Of a stretch of DNA of 64,000 nucleotides, positions 29,563 to 42,959 are shown piece after piece. The notes under the pieces are model-generated. The model did not search any database. It was not told the origin of the DNA and saw only the letters and a program-made list of their open reading frames with translations. The DNA comes from the human T2T-CHM13v2.0 reference genome, Homo sapiens: assembly GCF_009914755.1 (NCBI RefSeq), contig NC_060925.1; one strand, 5' to 3'. Every line of letters starts with the position of its first letter. The first letter of the stretch is position 1. The position numbers and the translations under genes were made by a program.

Positions 29563-31911
29563 TTTTCCTTCCTCACCTTTCTTAAGTCCATAACAAATTA
29601 GCCTTAAAAACACCATACAATATAGCCATTTCATTACTGTCCTGCTCACTTAGTCTTCTCACATGTCCATCCTTGCAAAGTTGAATGGAGGGCACATGAC
29701 CCTAGTTCTCCTGATTTCTGTGGGGAGAGGGGAGGAAAAAATGAGAACTGACTCCGCAGGATGACCTTAGAGTTGGGTCTAAACTCACAAACTAAGTGAT
29801 TAAGTTTTCAAAAGGAATTCAGAGTCAGTAAAACAACAGGCTTTATTTTTTCTCCCTACTGTATTTTTCACGTTTGAGCAGGCAATTTTGGTGAATAGAA
29901 ACTAAGACTTACAGGGGAAGCTAATGAGTTTATTCAGGAAGCACAATGTGAAATTAGTGACACAGTTTTGAAAAATTAACTCTCTCAGACAAAGCTTGTA
30001 AAAATTGATTAACAAGCTAGTAGTGGCTATTGACAGGACATGTTTTCACATCTTTTAGAAAACAACTTTCAATTATTATGAAAGTATATACGTATTTGGA
30101 ATTAACACACATTTATGTACTTAAGTGTTCTTTTTTCTCCTAATGTTCCATTTTCAGTTTCTGCAAATTTGTTCGCAATTATATGATCTGGAAAATAGGA
30201 CTATGCAGAAGCAAACCTGGGCTGGTGATAAAGTGATCTGTGTCACCTGGCTCTATTAGTCTTTTCTTTTCTTCCCTTTTTGTTATTATTTATTGGCATT
30301 TCGCCTGCAGCAAAACATAAGTTTTAAATGTGGACTTTATGGTGTGTGTGAGTCAGTGTAGAGAGGGTAAAGTATTTCAAGAGCAGTACAAAATATAAGA
30401 ACTCTTGAATTTTAATTTTAAGCAGTTTAACATAGGTATGTAATGAAGGTTTATTTATTGAATTTGAAAAATTAATATCTTACAGCCTTGAGTGTATTTT
30501 GCTTTGTCTGCCCCTGGGTTTGTACATATTGGTGTTTTATTCTTCCTTTTTAATATTTCAACAGGTGAGGGTGGCAAGAAGGCTGATGATGCTGTTTTAC
30601 ACCTAGAGGTCTTATGGAACCAGGACTGCATTTGTACGCGGAACAAACAACTTTGGGGGATGGTTTAGTAATTGCCTTTGGTAGGGCTTGTCTCACATTC
30701 ATTAAAAACTCCAGGCAAGGCTGCTTCCTTGATCTTTATTTCTTTTCAGTTGCCAAGCAAACAAACAAAACTCCCTTCCTGATAGTTACTTAGTTATCTA
30801 ACCTAGAATGTCTTTGACTAAAGTCAACATTTAGAGGTTAGAGGTTGGCAGACATTTGGGTAATTGCTGCAATGGGTAACTAGTCTGCTTTTCTTGTTTT
30901 TAAAAACATTTGAGATACTATAGAATTTTAACCTTATACCACATTAAGGTTTCGTTGTTAAAAATATTTATTGTGTTCTCTCTTTGGTGAATGAAAAATA
31001 TCATGTTGCCTAATTATCTTTGATGTAGGAAATGACTACAGCATAATTAATATAAAAGATCATGATTTTATTATTTAGGAAATTAAAAGGGAATACTAAA
31101 TGTCTGTCTAGTTCATAATTACAGATATTGGAAACCATCTATCTTTTTTCCTCATTTAGTTTTATAACTAGATCTGAATTAAGGCTTATAAAAGTGACAT
31201 TATATATGAAGCCCACAGGTATACACCTTGTATAGAATGTAGACAGCCAGTATTCACTTTTCTGTGTCAAAGGAATGCCCGTAAGAATTGTTGGTAGGCG
31301 TCTAAATGTGGAGGTAAGTAATAAGCAGGTATTGACTTCTGTTGAGATCAATATCAAGATTTGTTGACCCAAAGAAGTTAAAATTGACTGAAGAGTGAGA
31401 CAATAAATCTTGTTATTGACTAGAAAGCAGAAGTCAATATATGTATTATTATAAACATTTTTCTTTTGGTGTAGATAGGGGTGGAGTCATTTTTAAGACC
31501 TTAAATGCATATGGCCATATGTTTTTTATATCATGGTGGTGGCCAATACAGGCTCCTTGGCTTATTAAAACAGTGGCTATTCACATGACATCAATCACAT
31601 ACCCGGTTCATCATTCGCCGTTTCAACCATCTTTCTCCCTGCACTTTAGGCCCTCTTATCCTGATTAATTTCAAATTCAAATGTGGAATACACAAGCTTG
31701 TATGATAAAATTTTGTTTAAAAAAAATAGAAAACACACTCATCATTTGTTTCTCTAGAAAGCAGTTGACATCTTCCCAACAGCCTTACATTTTCTGGCAA
31801 TGGAAAGACTTCCTTCTAGGCTGCACATTGCAAGATGACTCTTCCCCTCAGATGAGCTATTGTATTTACTAGGTCATCTAAAAAGCATGTAACTTTTAAA
31901 GATTAAGACTT

Positions 31912-32217
<306 letters not shown>

Positions 32218-33312
32218 TTAAAGATTAAGACTTTTTAAAAATGTATATTTTAAATGAGGGGTTTTTTGAAACCGCAAAATATATGCAAGCTAGGTCATTT
32301 CTAAGACTTTCTATTCATCACCAACCAGCCATTCACAGAAAGCCAAATTGAGATTTTATTTTTCTATAGTTGAGAGAAGTAGAAATGGAAAACAATTTCC
32401 CTTTGTTCCAAATAGCTCTCATGTTGATAAAAAATTAAATTCTGTACATCCAAGCTGAACAGAGCATGCAGGGCTATACTAAGTCTCTGTTCTGTAGTTT
32501 TGCCTGAACTGAGGTCTGCACACAGCATCATGAATGCATGAAATCCTAGAGAAAGAGTCAGCCAGAGCATCCATGTTTCAGATTACCAGCCCAAAATTCC
32601 TTCACGCCATATGAATCCACACTCCTACCTCCATCCCTGGCTACATGGTAATAATGAAGGAAAAACACAGAAGTTTCTTTCCTTTCTAGGCTCCTCCCAA
32701 AAGAGAGTACTTTAGAAGCAATATTCAAGTCCATAAATGCTCAGAAATCTGTTAGGGATGAAACATGAGAGATGCCTTGAACGTCTCACACTATGGGGTG
32801 TCTCCAATTCCTTAATACACCCCATTGTGCATCACGGCTGGAGAAAGCACTGCACAACCCATTTCCTCCTTTAACTGAATTTCCTTGCTTTTATGGCTTT
32901 AGATTTTAATGGTTGAATTACATTTACATCTACTTGTGCATTTGCCATCAGCAGCCAGTTCCAGCCTTAAAGCCTTTATGAACTTTGAGAATAAGTTTCT
33001 CATAAACAACCTCATTTGGTTCATCCACATAAATTCACACAACAATTCATAGTGCTAAGAAGCTCCAGAGACACCTCTGTACTAAATGGCAGGTCTGTCT
33101 TTACTGGTTTTAAGTACTTTACAATGAATCATAGCTCAAGACAAATCGGTAATTAATTTGCAATAATTCCAAAGCCACTGGAAATGTGGCAAATATTGGT
33201 TAGCCAGAGGCATTGATCACTTCAATTAAGTTTTAGAATCTGTGGTTTTTAGTGAGAAGGAAATAGTTCTACAATGGGAACACACCCAAGTAGTACAGAA
33301 GAGCCATCTAAT

Positions 33313-34837
33313 TGTGTCCGGAATTGGTGGGTTCTTGGTCTCACTGACTTCAAGAATGAAGCCGTGGACCCTTGCGGTGAGTGTTACAGCTCTTAAGGTG
33401 GCGTGTCTGGAGTCTGTCCCTTCTGATGTTCAGATGTGTTCGGAGTTTCTTCCTTCTGGTGAGTTCGCTGCAGACCTTGGCGGTGAGTGTTACAGCTCTT
33501 AAGGCAGCAAGTCTGGAGTTGTTCGTTCCTCCTGGTGGGCTCGTGGTCTCGCTGGGCTCAGGAGTGAAGCTGCAGATCTTCGCAGTGAGTGCTACAGCTC
33601 ATAAAAGCAGCGTGGACCCATAGAGTGAGCAGTAGCAAGATTTATTGCAAAGAACGAAAGAACAAAGCTTCCACTGTGTGGAAGGGGACCGGAGCAGGTT
33701 GCCAGTGCTGGCTAGGGCAGCCTGCTTTTATTCTCTTATCTGACCCCACCCACATCCTGCTGATTGGTAGAGCCGAGTGGCCTGTTTTGTCAGGGCACTG
33801 ATTGGTGCGTTTACAATCCCTGAGGTAGATACAAAGGTTCTCCACGTCCCCATCAGATTAGTTAGATACAGAGTTTCCACACACAGGTTCTCCAAGGCCC
33901 CACCAGAGCAGCCAGATACAGAGTGTCGATTGGTGCATTCACAAACCTTGAGCTAAACACAGGGTGCTGATTGGTGTGTTTACAAACCTTGAGCTAGATA
34001 CAGAGTGCCGATTGGTGTATTTACAATCCCTGAGCTAGACATAAAGGTTCTCCAAGGCCCCACCAGAGCAGCTACATACAGAGTGTAGATTGGTGCACTC
34101 ACAAACCTTGAGCTAAACACAGGGTGCTGATTGGTGTATTTACAATCCCTGAGCTAGATATAAAGACTCTCCACATCCCCACCAGACTCAGGAGCCCAGC
34201 TGGCTTCACCTAGTGGATCCCACGCTGGGGCTGCAGGTGGAGGTGCCTGCCAGTCCCGTGCCATGCGCTCGCACTCCTCAGCCCTTGGGTAGTCGATGGG
34301 ACTGGGCGCCGGGGAGCAGGGGGTGGTGCTCGTTGGGGAGGCTTGGGCAGCACAGGAGCCCATGGAGTGGGTGGGAGGCTCAGGCATGGCGGGCTGCAGG
34401 TCCCGAGCCCTGCCCCGCGGGAAGGCAGCTAAGGCTCGGTGAGAAATTGAGCGCAGCGCCGTTGGGCCGGCACTGCTGGGGGACCCAGTACACCCTCCGC
34501 AGCCACTGGCCCGGGTGCTAAGTCCCTCATTGCCTGGGGCCAGCAGGGCTGGCCGGCTGCTCTGAGTGCGGGGCCCGCCAAGCCCACGCCCAACCCGGAA
34601 CTACAGCTGGTCCACAAGCGCCTCACACAGCCCTGGTTCCTGCTGGCGCCTCTCCCTCCACACCTCCCTGCAAGCTGAGGGAGCTGGCTCTGGCCTTGGC
34701 CAGCCCAGAAAGGGGCTCCCACAGTGCAGTGGTGGGCTGAAGGGCTCCTCAAGTGCCACCAAAGTGGGAGCCCAGGCAGAGGAGGCACCGAGAGCGAGGG
34801 AGGGCTGTGAGGACTGCCAGCACGCTGTCACCTCTCA
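33313..34837 (-). mobile_element. LTR12C (ERV9/HERV9) solo LTR, 1525 bp
   Basis: The minus strand starts TGAGAGGTGACAGCGTGCTGGCAGTCCTCACAGCCC and ends ...CCGGACACA. It has tandem CCAAT/GATA enhancer repeats, U5 repeats, and a perfect 4-bp TSD TAAT (33309-33312 / 34838-34841). Confidence 0.97.
33700..34170 (-). promoter_or_regulatory. LTR12C U3 enhancer/promoter (NF-Y CCAAT array, GATA motifs, AATAAA-type TATA)
   Basis: Seven CCAAT boxes (ATTGG on + at 33763, 33801, 33929, 33970, 34011, 34089, 34130) interleaved with AGATA. GAGAATAAAAG lies on the minus strand at ~33725-33735. Confidence 0.75.
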
Positions 34838-35399
34838 TAATCATGCAACAGAATATTGATACTATTATAGATATGCATCCAGGTTTATACACCAAAACAT
34901 CTGTGTTTTCATCATAAACACAGGAAAGTACATGAGGCAAGAATGTAGCTAGAGGACAGCTCTGGGATACCACTATGAAAAAAATTGTTTTTAATCTTAC
35001 CAACCCCATTACACAAATTAAATATATCTATCTTATCTGTTTATAGATTAAATTTTCTACAAAAACTGAAAAATTTTACTTTGACTTTTTACTACTTTTA
35101 ATTATTGCTAAGATATATAATCTTGCTCTTTCTTTCATGCGTATTCTTTAAGTAAAGACCAGAAAAGGATATAATCTAAACCCTTTGACTTCTTGTAATA
35201 GGAGGGTTGCACTCGAAACTTCTTATTTGTTCCGTAGTTCAGCTGGTCACAGTCTGTCACAGATGCCTACTGATGGGACTTCCACCATGGTTAAGAACCA
35301 CAGGAGGCAGACCAGGACCATGTCCACAAATGTAAAAAAAGCTAACGTCACTCCACAGCTAACATTGCTCCATTCTGAAACTACACCTACTCATCAGAA

Positions 35400-36670
35400 A
35401 AGGCATTTCTTAAGATATATACCCAAGTAGGGGGTGACTTGGAGAGGGGACAACAGCAACAACATTTTTGAAGTTGGAAAACAAATGAACAATTGGTAAA
35501 GGAGTTTGCAGACCTGAAGAAGAATGGAATCATAAACTAGCAACAGAGAAAGCTAAAATCCAACATGTTTTGTGTTGCAGAATCCTCCAAAAGCCTCAAT
35601 CTCTGTAGAAACAAGGAAGAGGCGAAGGAGACTCTGAGGAAGAGGATTGATTTTAAAAAGTCTAGTAGTCGGAGCCCCTTCCCAACCTCACACAGCTGGG
35701 CATCTGCTCCTCTGTCAGTACAATGAAAGAATAAAGTCATATTCCCTGGAGTTAATAAAGCAGAGGGTCTCCGTACATGGAGTGAGTGTTAAGGTCAGGG
35801 GTTCTATACACTGAACTTAGAAAGCGTACGTGCGTATTTACCTGGCAGGGGAGACACCCTTATCACAAAGGTGGTTTTCCCAGGGTGAGGCTTAAATGCT
35901 GCATTTCAGATATGTTGACCCTATGATTTAACCACATTTGGGAAATTCGTCTGCATAATTTGTGGTAGTGGGAGACTGCGTTTGCTTCTCCCCTGGTTAA
36001 AAAAAAAAGAAAAAAGAAAGCCTATGTGAATGTCTGCATATGATCCTTGAAATCGGGGATCCAATTACTTTTGTGATTCCCAGAACACAGGCAATCAGGC
36101 TTTCAGCCTAAGTAGAGGACTGGGGAATGGATTGCCCCCAAAGAGACAAAGAATACAACATTTGAGGTTCTTTAAATAAATGGCTTTGCCAGATCTCCTG
36201 CAGTAAATACTTCAGTCAGCTAATCTCACACCATGAACTTCCAACCAGCCTTTAAAAAAAATCGTTCTTAAATATGAGCCATCAAGGATCAGACAGTGGA
36301 AAATTATAAAATGAAGTCCAAAACAATCAAAAGTGAACACTACTTGGAGAACAGATAACGAAAAGAGAGAAGTTGAAAAGAAAAACACATCACTATGATT
36401 CATAATCATTAGCAATATAAGGAAACTACTATTACTACGAAACAAGAACAGAGGACTTGTTTTTAAGGAACACAGAGGAAACATGAGCCTTGAAAAGTAA
36501 AATTATAATAGAAAAAATGTTTAAATTCAACAGAAGAGTTGAAAGAAAGGTGAGAAAATCTCCTGAAGATAGAAAAAAGGAAAACAAGAGAGGGAATAAA
36601 AGAAAAAGATAAATATCATTCACCAGTCCAGGATGCTCAATGCTCAAATAAAAAGTGGTACAGAAACTAC
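35400..36670 (+). mobile_element. HAL1/L1ME-like 5'/ORF1 remnant hosting the U1 retrocopy
   Basis: aacagaagagttgaaagaaaggtgagaaaatctcc...aaagataaatatcattcaccagtccaggatgctcaatgctcaaata resembles HAL1 ORF1-like sequence. Confidence 0.5.
35834..35995 (+). pseudogene. U1 snRNA processed pseudogene (full-length retrocopy)
   Basis: gtatttacctggcaggggagacaccct...ggtggttttcccagggtgaggctta...ctgcataatttgtggtagtgggagactgcgtttgcttctcccctg aligns end to end with U1. A poly(A) tail follows, and the TSD is agaaagcgtacgtg/agaaagcctatgtg (12/14). Confidence 0.96.
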
Positions 36671-36944
36671 TTGTATACATCATCTACAAGGAAAAAAATA
36701 AATAAAATTTATATAATTTTTCCTTCATATACTAGACCTTGGCCGGTCCCTGTGACTGTGTAAGGGGTTAGTCCTCAGAGCTCTGGCTGGCCAGGCCTCA
36801 TAGACTTTTACTGAGAATTCTTCAGCAGGGAAACTGACCTTCTCTGCTCAGACACCTGTGCGAATTGAGATTCATGACTGCCACAGAATACCTTGACTTA
36901 CACAATGCTTTAATCTTAAAATTTCTATAAGTATTTGATTAGTT

Positions 36945-37682
36945 TTTAAAATTAATTTTTTTCAAAAATAGCATTGTTGTATTATAATTGACATATCAAC
37001 TGGATATATTTTAATGTATATACTTTATATATTTAAAGTGTACAACTTGATCCATTTTGACATATGAATAGACCTGTGAAACCTTCACAAGATAATCAGC
37101 ATATTCCTCACCCCTCCAAGTTTCCCTGTGCCCCTTTGTACTCCCTCACCCATCCCTTCCTCATTCCTGCCCTCCAAGAAACCACTGCTTTCCATCGCTA
37201 CAGATGACTTTGCATTTACTTTCTACAGTTTTTTTTATTAAATAGATTCAGATAGTATATATTCTCTTGCTGACTTCTTTCATTCAGCACAGTTATTTTG
37301 AGATTCATCCATATTAGTGCAGGTACAAATAGTTCATTCTATTTATTGCGGAATTATACTTCATTGTGTGGATATACCATAATTTGTTTATCCTGTCCCT
37401 TGTTTAGTAACATTTGGGTTGTTTTCATTTGGGGGCTATTAGAAATAAGAATACTATAAACATTTGTTGGTAAGTCTTTTTACTAACATATGCTTCAACT
37501 TCTATTGGGTAAATATCTACAACTAGAATAACTAGATTCTATGGTAGGTATATATTTAGCTTTTTAAGAAACTTTCATATTTTTTCTAGAGTAGTTGTAT
37601 CATTTTACATTCCTACCAGATTGTGAGAGTTCTAGCTGCTCTACACCCTTGCAACACTTGGTGTGGCCAGTCTTTTTAATAA
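36945..37682 (-). mobile_element. L1MB-type 3' end
   Basis: tttaaagtgtacaacttgat..ttttgaca...cttctttcattcagcacagttattttgagattcatccat...ttttacattcctaccag is the reverse complement of the L1MB 3'UTR and ORF2 end. Confidence 0.85.
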
Positions 37683-37824
37683 TCGTCGTTTATTAGATAT
37701 TTTCTGAGTTTTGAAAAGAAATGCATTTTTCTTATAACATGCACAACTACTGATTGCCCACACAACTGTGATTTCCTGCATGTTCCTCTACACCCATTAC
37801 AGTGACTGATATTATTATAATTTC

Positions 37825-38722
37825 CCTAGGTTCCCTTGCAGCTAGAAAATTGACACATAATTCAAGACCAGAAAATGAGATCCGTGAGAGAATTTTCTGT
37901 GAAGCTTCTGAGAAAGTTTCAGTCTAAAATAATAATACTAACAAAGACACACCAAGAGAGACTCTCCTTCCTGTCCCTAGAAGTGGCTGTGTGAGGATAC
38001 GATGCCTAGAGCATGACAGCAAAGCTGGATACCCTCTGTTTCACTCTCCAGATGCACTCCCCTCCCTTCTGCATTCTGCTCTCAGAGAAGGCTGACCTAC
38101 ATGGACAAGTTAAAGGGTTCCCTTTCTCTCTGAATTCCCATTGAGTTTAACCCATAAGGAGCTCTGGCAGGTGACTGGAAGAATAGAAAGTGAGAGAAGC
38201 AGTGATTCCTCTACCCCTCTCCCCACAGTCTTCACAGATGATAGCTATTTCCTCATACTGAAGGTCACAGTTCTTCTCAGTCAGTTGCTCTACATGCCTC
38301 CTCTTTCCTGGTTCTGGTAGCTATAGCTGCTCCCTCCTCTTGCCTTACCACGCTTGGGAATGGTGGCAGTCCTGCTGTTGTTACTGGCCTCTTGGGGAAC
38401 AGCATTATCCCTTGTGGTTTCCTACACTCTGCCCATACTTTTTAATAAATAATCTTGAGCTTTCCTAATTTAAAGGTCAACTATTTTGCCTGGGACCCTT
38501 AATGATTCAGTAACTCTAGAGACGATGAGGGACAAGCCTGAACATAAAGGCCAACAGCAAGTAAGAAAAAGCTGGAAAACACCTGAGCTATAGATAACGT
38601 TGTGTCTCTGAATTAACCAATGTTGGAACTTCTTGCATCCAAGCTACTTATTTGTTATATAGGACATAATAACATATCTCTATTGTGAAAAATTAAGTTA
38701 TTGCCATAAGAGCCATCTGACT
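37825..38722 (+). mobile_element. Old MLT1 (J/K-like) LTR split by an LTR33-like insertion
   Basis: ttcccttgcagctag...gaagcttctgagaaagtt...gtgtgaggatacgatgcctagagc | ...gatgagggacaagcctga...ctgaattaaccaa. Confidence 0.55.
38020..38509 (+). mobile_element. LTR33-like ERVL solo LTR
   Basis: ctccagatgcactcccctcccttctgcattctgctct..gaaggctgacctacatggac...tgcctgggacccttaatgattca. Confidence 0.6.
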
Positions 38723-40719
38723 TAGTAAAGAGTCAGCCCATGATCCTGTAAGTTTTATCAGTCATGCTGAATTTTCCTCTTATTCTTATCACTCTTCCTA
38801 ATTGGAAGAGTGAAATAACATTTTGTGACTTGGACACCTCACTCACCTAACTGTGGTCCCACCCAGTTTGCAGTGGTAGGTCTTCCATGCCTAATTTCCT
38901 CATTTCCCTCTATACCGGCCTCTTGGAACTGGAAGCCTGGATTCTGACCACTGGGTCATGAACTGTTCTAAAAGGACAGTGCTATCAGACTCTGCCCTAG
39001 TGAAAAGGAGCTCCTTGGGCTATTATAAAATCTCTAGCTTTATACTTTTCCTTTTTGGGAAGTCTCCAACTCGCAGCTGATAGCTACTTTTCTTCTCCCT
39101 TCTGGCATCCTGTGCTGTTACTTCTTGAACACTATCAACAATGACCAGTTAAATCGATACTTCTGTTTTGGGAGTGTAGCTACACACGTGCATGCCACAC
39201 CTCCTCACAGTTTTGTTACCATAAATAAAACATGAGTACGACTTAGGAGGAAATTTTTCTATAGGTCTGTAACCAAAATTAAATATTTTTAACAGTGTTT
39301 TGTAATAGCTCCCAGTAACAACAGCTGTTGTACTAGCAGAATTAGTAATAGTTACTAGTATTTACTAAGCACACTATATTTAGACACTGTGATATGAGTT
39401 TTGTGTGAGTTATTTAACTTAACAATCACTACCCTAAATGGAGTATGTTGGCTGGATGGTTTTGATGGCTGTGGCCCATTGTCAAGAAAAGGCATGAGAG
39501 ATTGCATCGGTTCCTATTTTAATCTGTATAGTTAACAAGTAGAAAAAACACTAATCAATTCAGAATTCTGTCAAGTTGAAAAGTCTACAGAGCTAGGTGA
39601 AAAGATGTCCTAATAACTTAAGATCAAAAGAAATACAAAGCCACTCAAATGAAGTCGCAACTTAGGTGGGGGCAACAGAATTTCTTGAGCAGCTCAAGGT
39701 TAAGGGTACTTAGATTATGAGACCAAACTTTTTTTTTTTAAATTTGGGTACCCATGAGATACAGTGACTGTGAATAGGGCTCTATGGATCTCACTAGGTC
39801 ACCAGAAATCATTCATTCACCACCCTATCCCCTATCTCTTGATATTCACTCTTGACTACTTAGGAAAACATGCCCCAACACTGCTTAGGATATTATAATT
39901 GTTTCCCTAGTAGATAATTATTTTCTTAGCTTGGAAGTTTTAATTATAGAACTAGTTAAGAAAATCAAACACAGTATTAATATGAGTATATATTAAGGAA
40001 GCATGCTTGACTTTGGGGTATTTATAATGTTTAAGATATTTTAGTCTATTAGAGAACAGGTAAATCGTGTGATTCAATTTAAAATGTGTAAATAGGTAAT
40101 TGATTTAGGCCTGTGAATTGAAGTTGAAATTTTATTTAGTTTATATAGTCATTGCAGTAGCTTATATAGTATTAAAACATTTAAGAGAACTTAAGGTTCA
40201 TAATATTTCCAGGTTTAATTATTAGAAGCATTAGAGGTATTTTAAATGTTCTGGAAAATTTTACTTTTAAATCACACATTTGAAGTATCTAAATAGAAAT
40301 CAAATACATTTAATTTATAAATTTGGTGTAAAATATTTAAAGGAGTTTAATTAACTAGTTTGTAAATGGAACTAAACATTAATCAAAGGCCTCATAAAAG
40401 TGATTGCTACATTTGCTAGACGTATAAATACAACATTATGGAACAGCTAAGCTTTCAAATTTTAAGTCAAATAATTCAAACATATTTTTAGCTAAACTAA
40501 AACTCTGAATAATCTTTCCTGCATGCAGAAATCTATCCTTGAAATTATTAACATTGAAAAACTTCATTGCCAAAGCAAAACAGATGATAAAGAAGCTTTA
40601 AATTATTGTGAAAGTAAAAACCTCCCCTCCTACAATTATTACATATTACAAATGTCTTCAAATACTCTCAACTTTAGGCATGTTTCATGGTACTGATACT
40701 GAGACGCAGAATGGGGTAG

Positions 40720-41074
40720 TATATTAGTCCATTTTCATAAAGCCATGAAGAAATACCCGAGACTGGGTAATTTATAAAAGAAAGAGATTTGATGGACTCA
40801 CAATTCCACATGGCTGAGAAGGCCTCACAATCATGGCGGAAGGCAAAGGAGAAGCAAAGGCACATCTTACACAGTGTCAGGCCAGAAAGCTTGTGTAGGG
40901 GAACTCTCACTTTTAAAACCATCAGATCTGGTGAGACTTATTCACTACAACAAGAACAGTACGGGGGAAACTGCCCCAATGATTCAATTATCTCCACCTG
41001 GCCCCACCCTTGACACGTGGAGATTATTACAGTTCAGGGTGAGGGTTGGGTGAGGACACAGCCAAACCATATCA
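40720..41074 (-). mobile_element. THE1 (THE1C-like) solo LTR
   Basis: tatattagtccattttca...ggacacagccaaaccatatca, with perfect TSD GGTAG. Confidence 0.92.
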
Positions 41075-41089
41075 GGTAGTAATTGCCAA

Positions 41090-41322
41090 TTTGGGCCCTG
41101 GAGTCAGATTTACGTGGTCAGTACCCCAGTTGCTTCATGTACTAGTTGTGAGATTCTGGGTAAGTGCTCAACTTTTTAAGATTCATTTTTTGTTTGTTTG
41201 TTTGAAAAATGGTTTATACACATAAATTGTTAAGAGGTTTGAATGAAATAATGCCTACAAAGTATTTAGCAGATAACCTGGCACCAAAGTAAAGGCTAAA
41301 TAAATGTTAATTAGTACTATTA
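41090..41322 (+). mobile_element. MIR SINE
   Basis: gggccctggagtcagattta...actagttgtgagattctgggtaagtg...ttgttaagaggtttgaatgaaataatgcctacaaagtatttagca. Confidence 0.75.
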
Positions 41323-41749
41323 AGAGGAGAAGGCTTCTACAGGAACAACTCATCCTGGTTTTCAAACAGATGCCCTTAGAAAGAAAACATGATAATTACA
41401 AAATTTAGTGAATAAAAGTTTTGCACCTGGTAGTGGATAGCAAGAGCGTAAAACAGCTTCGTTTTCTGGTATATAGAAACCACAATAATCAAGAATAATA
41501 AAAGGTATTGTTTATCAACAATAAGCTCCTCTTATTTGTCTTCTGATAGAAACTTTTATATATTCATTCCTAGAGGAATTATAGTTTTACAATTGCACCC
41601 CCAAATTGTGTGACCTATTTAGTTTTAGACCCTGCCCAATTGTACTATTATAAAAGGAAATATGAAAAGAATGATAATATCCATCCCTAAAATTATCAGC
41701 TCTTTTTGTCTTGGTAAAAAGGAGAAAAAACTTAGGTGTTCCTTAGTTA

Positions 41750-42152
41750 TACTATAGAAATGATGCTGTGAGCCTTCCAAAGCTAGGTCATAAAAGATAA
41801 TCTTCTGCCTTGTTCTCATGGAATTACTCACCCTGGGGTAAGCCAACTGCCGTGTGGTAAGGACATTTAAGCAGTCCTATGCAGAGGCCAACGTGTCAAG
41901 AAATGAAGGCCTCTTTTCTTGAACAGCAGAACTAAGAGGTCCAGCCAACAGCCATGCGAGAGAGCCATCTTGAGAGCAAATTCTCCAGCCTTCTTCAAGC
42001 CTTCAGATTACGGCATCCTCAGCCAACACCTTGACTGCAGCCTGATGAGAGACTCTAAGCTAGAACCACCCAGCTAAGCTTCTTCCAGATTCTTGATACT
42101 CAGAAACTATAAGATATAAATATTTGTCATTTTTAGCCCCAACACTGATACA
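41750..42152 (+). mobile_element. MLT1F-like LTR
   Basis: gctaggtcataaaag...cagccaacagccatgcgagagagccatcttg...ttgactgcagcctgatgagagactctaagctagaaccacccagctaagc...ctgataca. Confidence 0.8.
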
Positions 42153-42541
42153 ATCAAGCATACACTACTATGGAAAAAGAATTATTTAAATATATTCATA
42201 TAAATTTATAATGGATATGTAAATTTAACTGTTTAACAGTATAAAATATGTGAGATTTCAGAATAATGCATATAGTATGACTCAATTTTTGTTTAAAAAA
42301 ATCTAAAATTATCATTTGTTTGTACATGTTTGTTTGAGTATGGAGGAAGGTGCCAAATGATTCATATCAGACTGTCACTTCGGTTACCTCAGGAGCATGG
42401 GAAAGATTGTAAACTTTTCCTCATCAACCAGTACCTAGTACTAGTAATAGACAACTAATACCTTAGTACTATTTGCATCATATGAAGAAGATGTGCTACT
42501 TTTACAATTTTAGAATATATAGTAAACTAAAGAAAAGTGGG

Positions 42542-42959
<418 letters not shown>

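Noticed and set aside
33885-34170. Regularly spaced ~40-bp repeats resembling a CRISPR array
   Set aside because: These are the known ERV9 LTR enhancer repeats, with no unique spacers, in eukaryotic DNA.
33242-35009. Cluster of overlapping GC-rich ORFs and a CpG-island-like segment
   Set aside because: Explained by the GC-rich LTR12C sequence; not a host CpG-island gene promoter.
35834-35995. Functional U1 or variant U1 gene
   Set aside because: Poly(A) and TSD indicate retrotransposition. No PSE or 3' box is seen, and the protein-binding loops are mutated.
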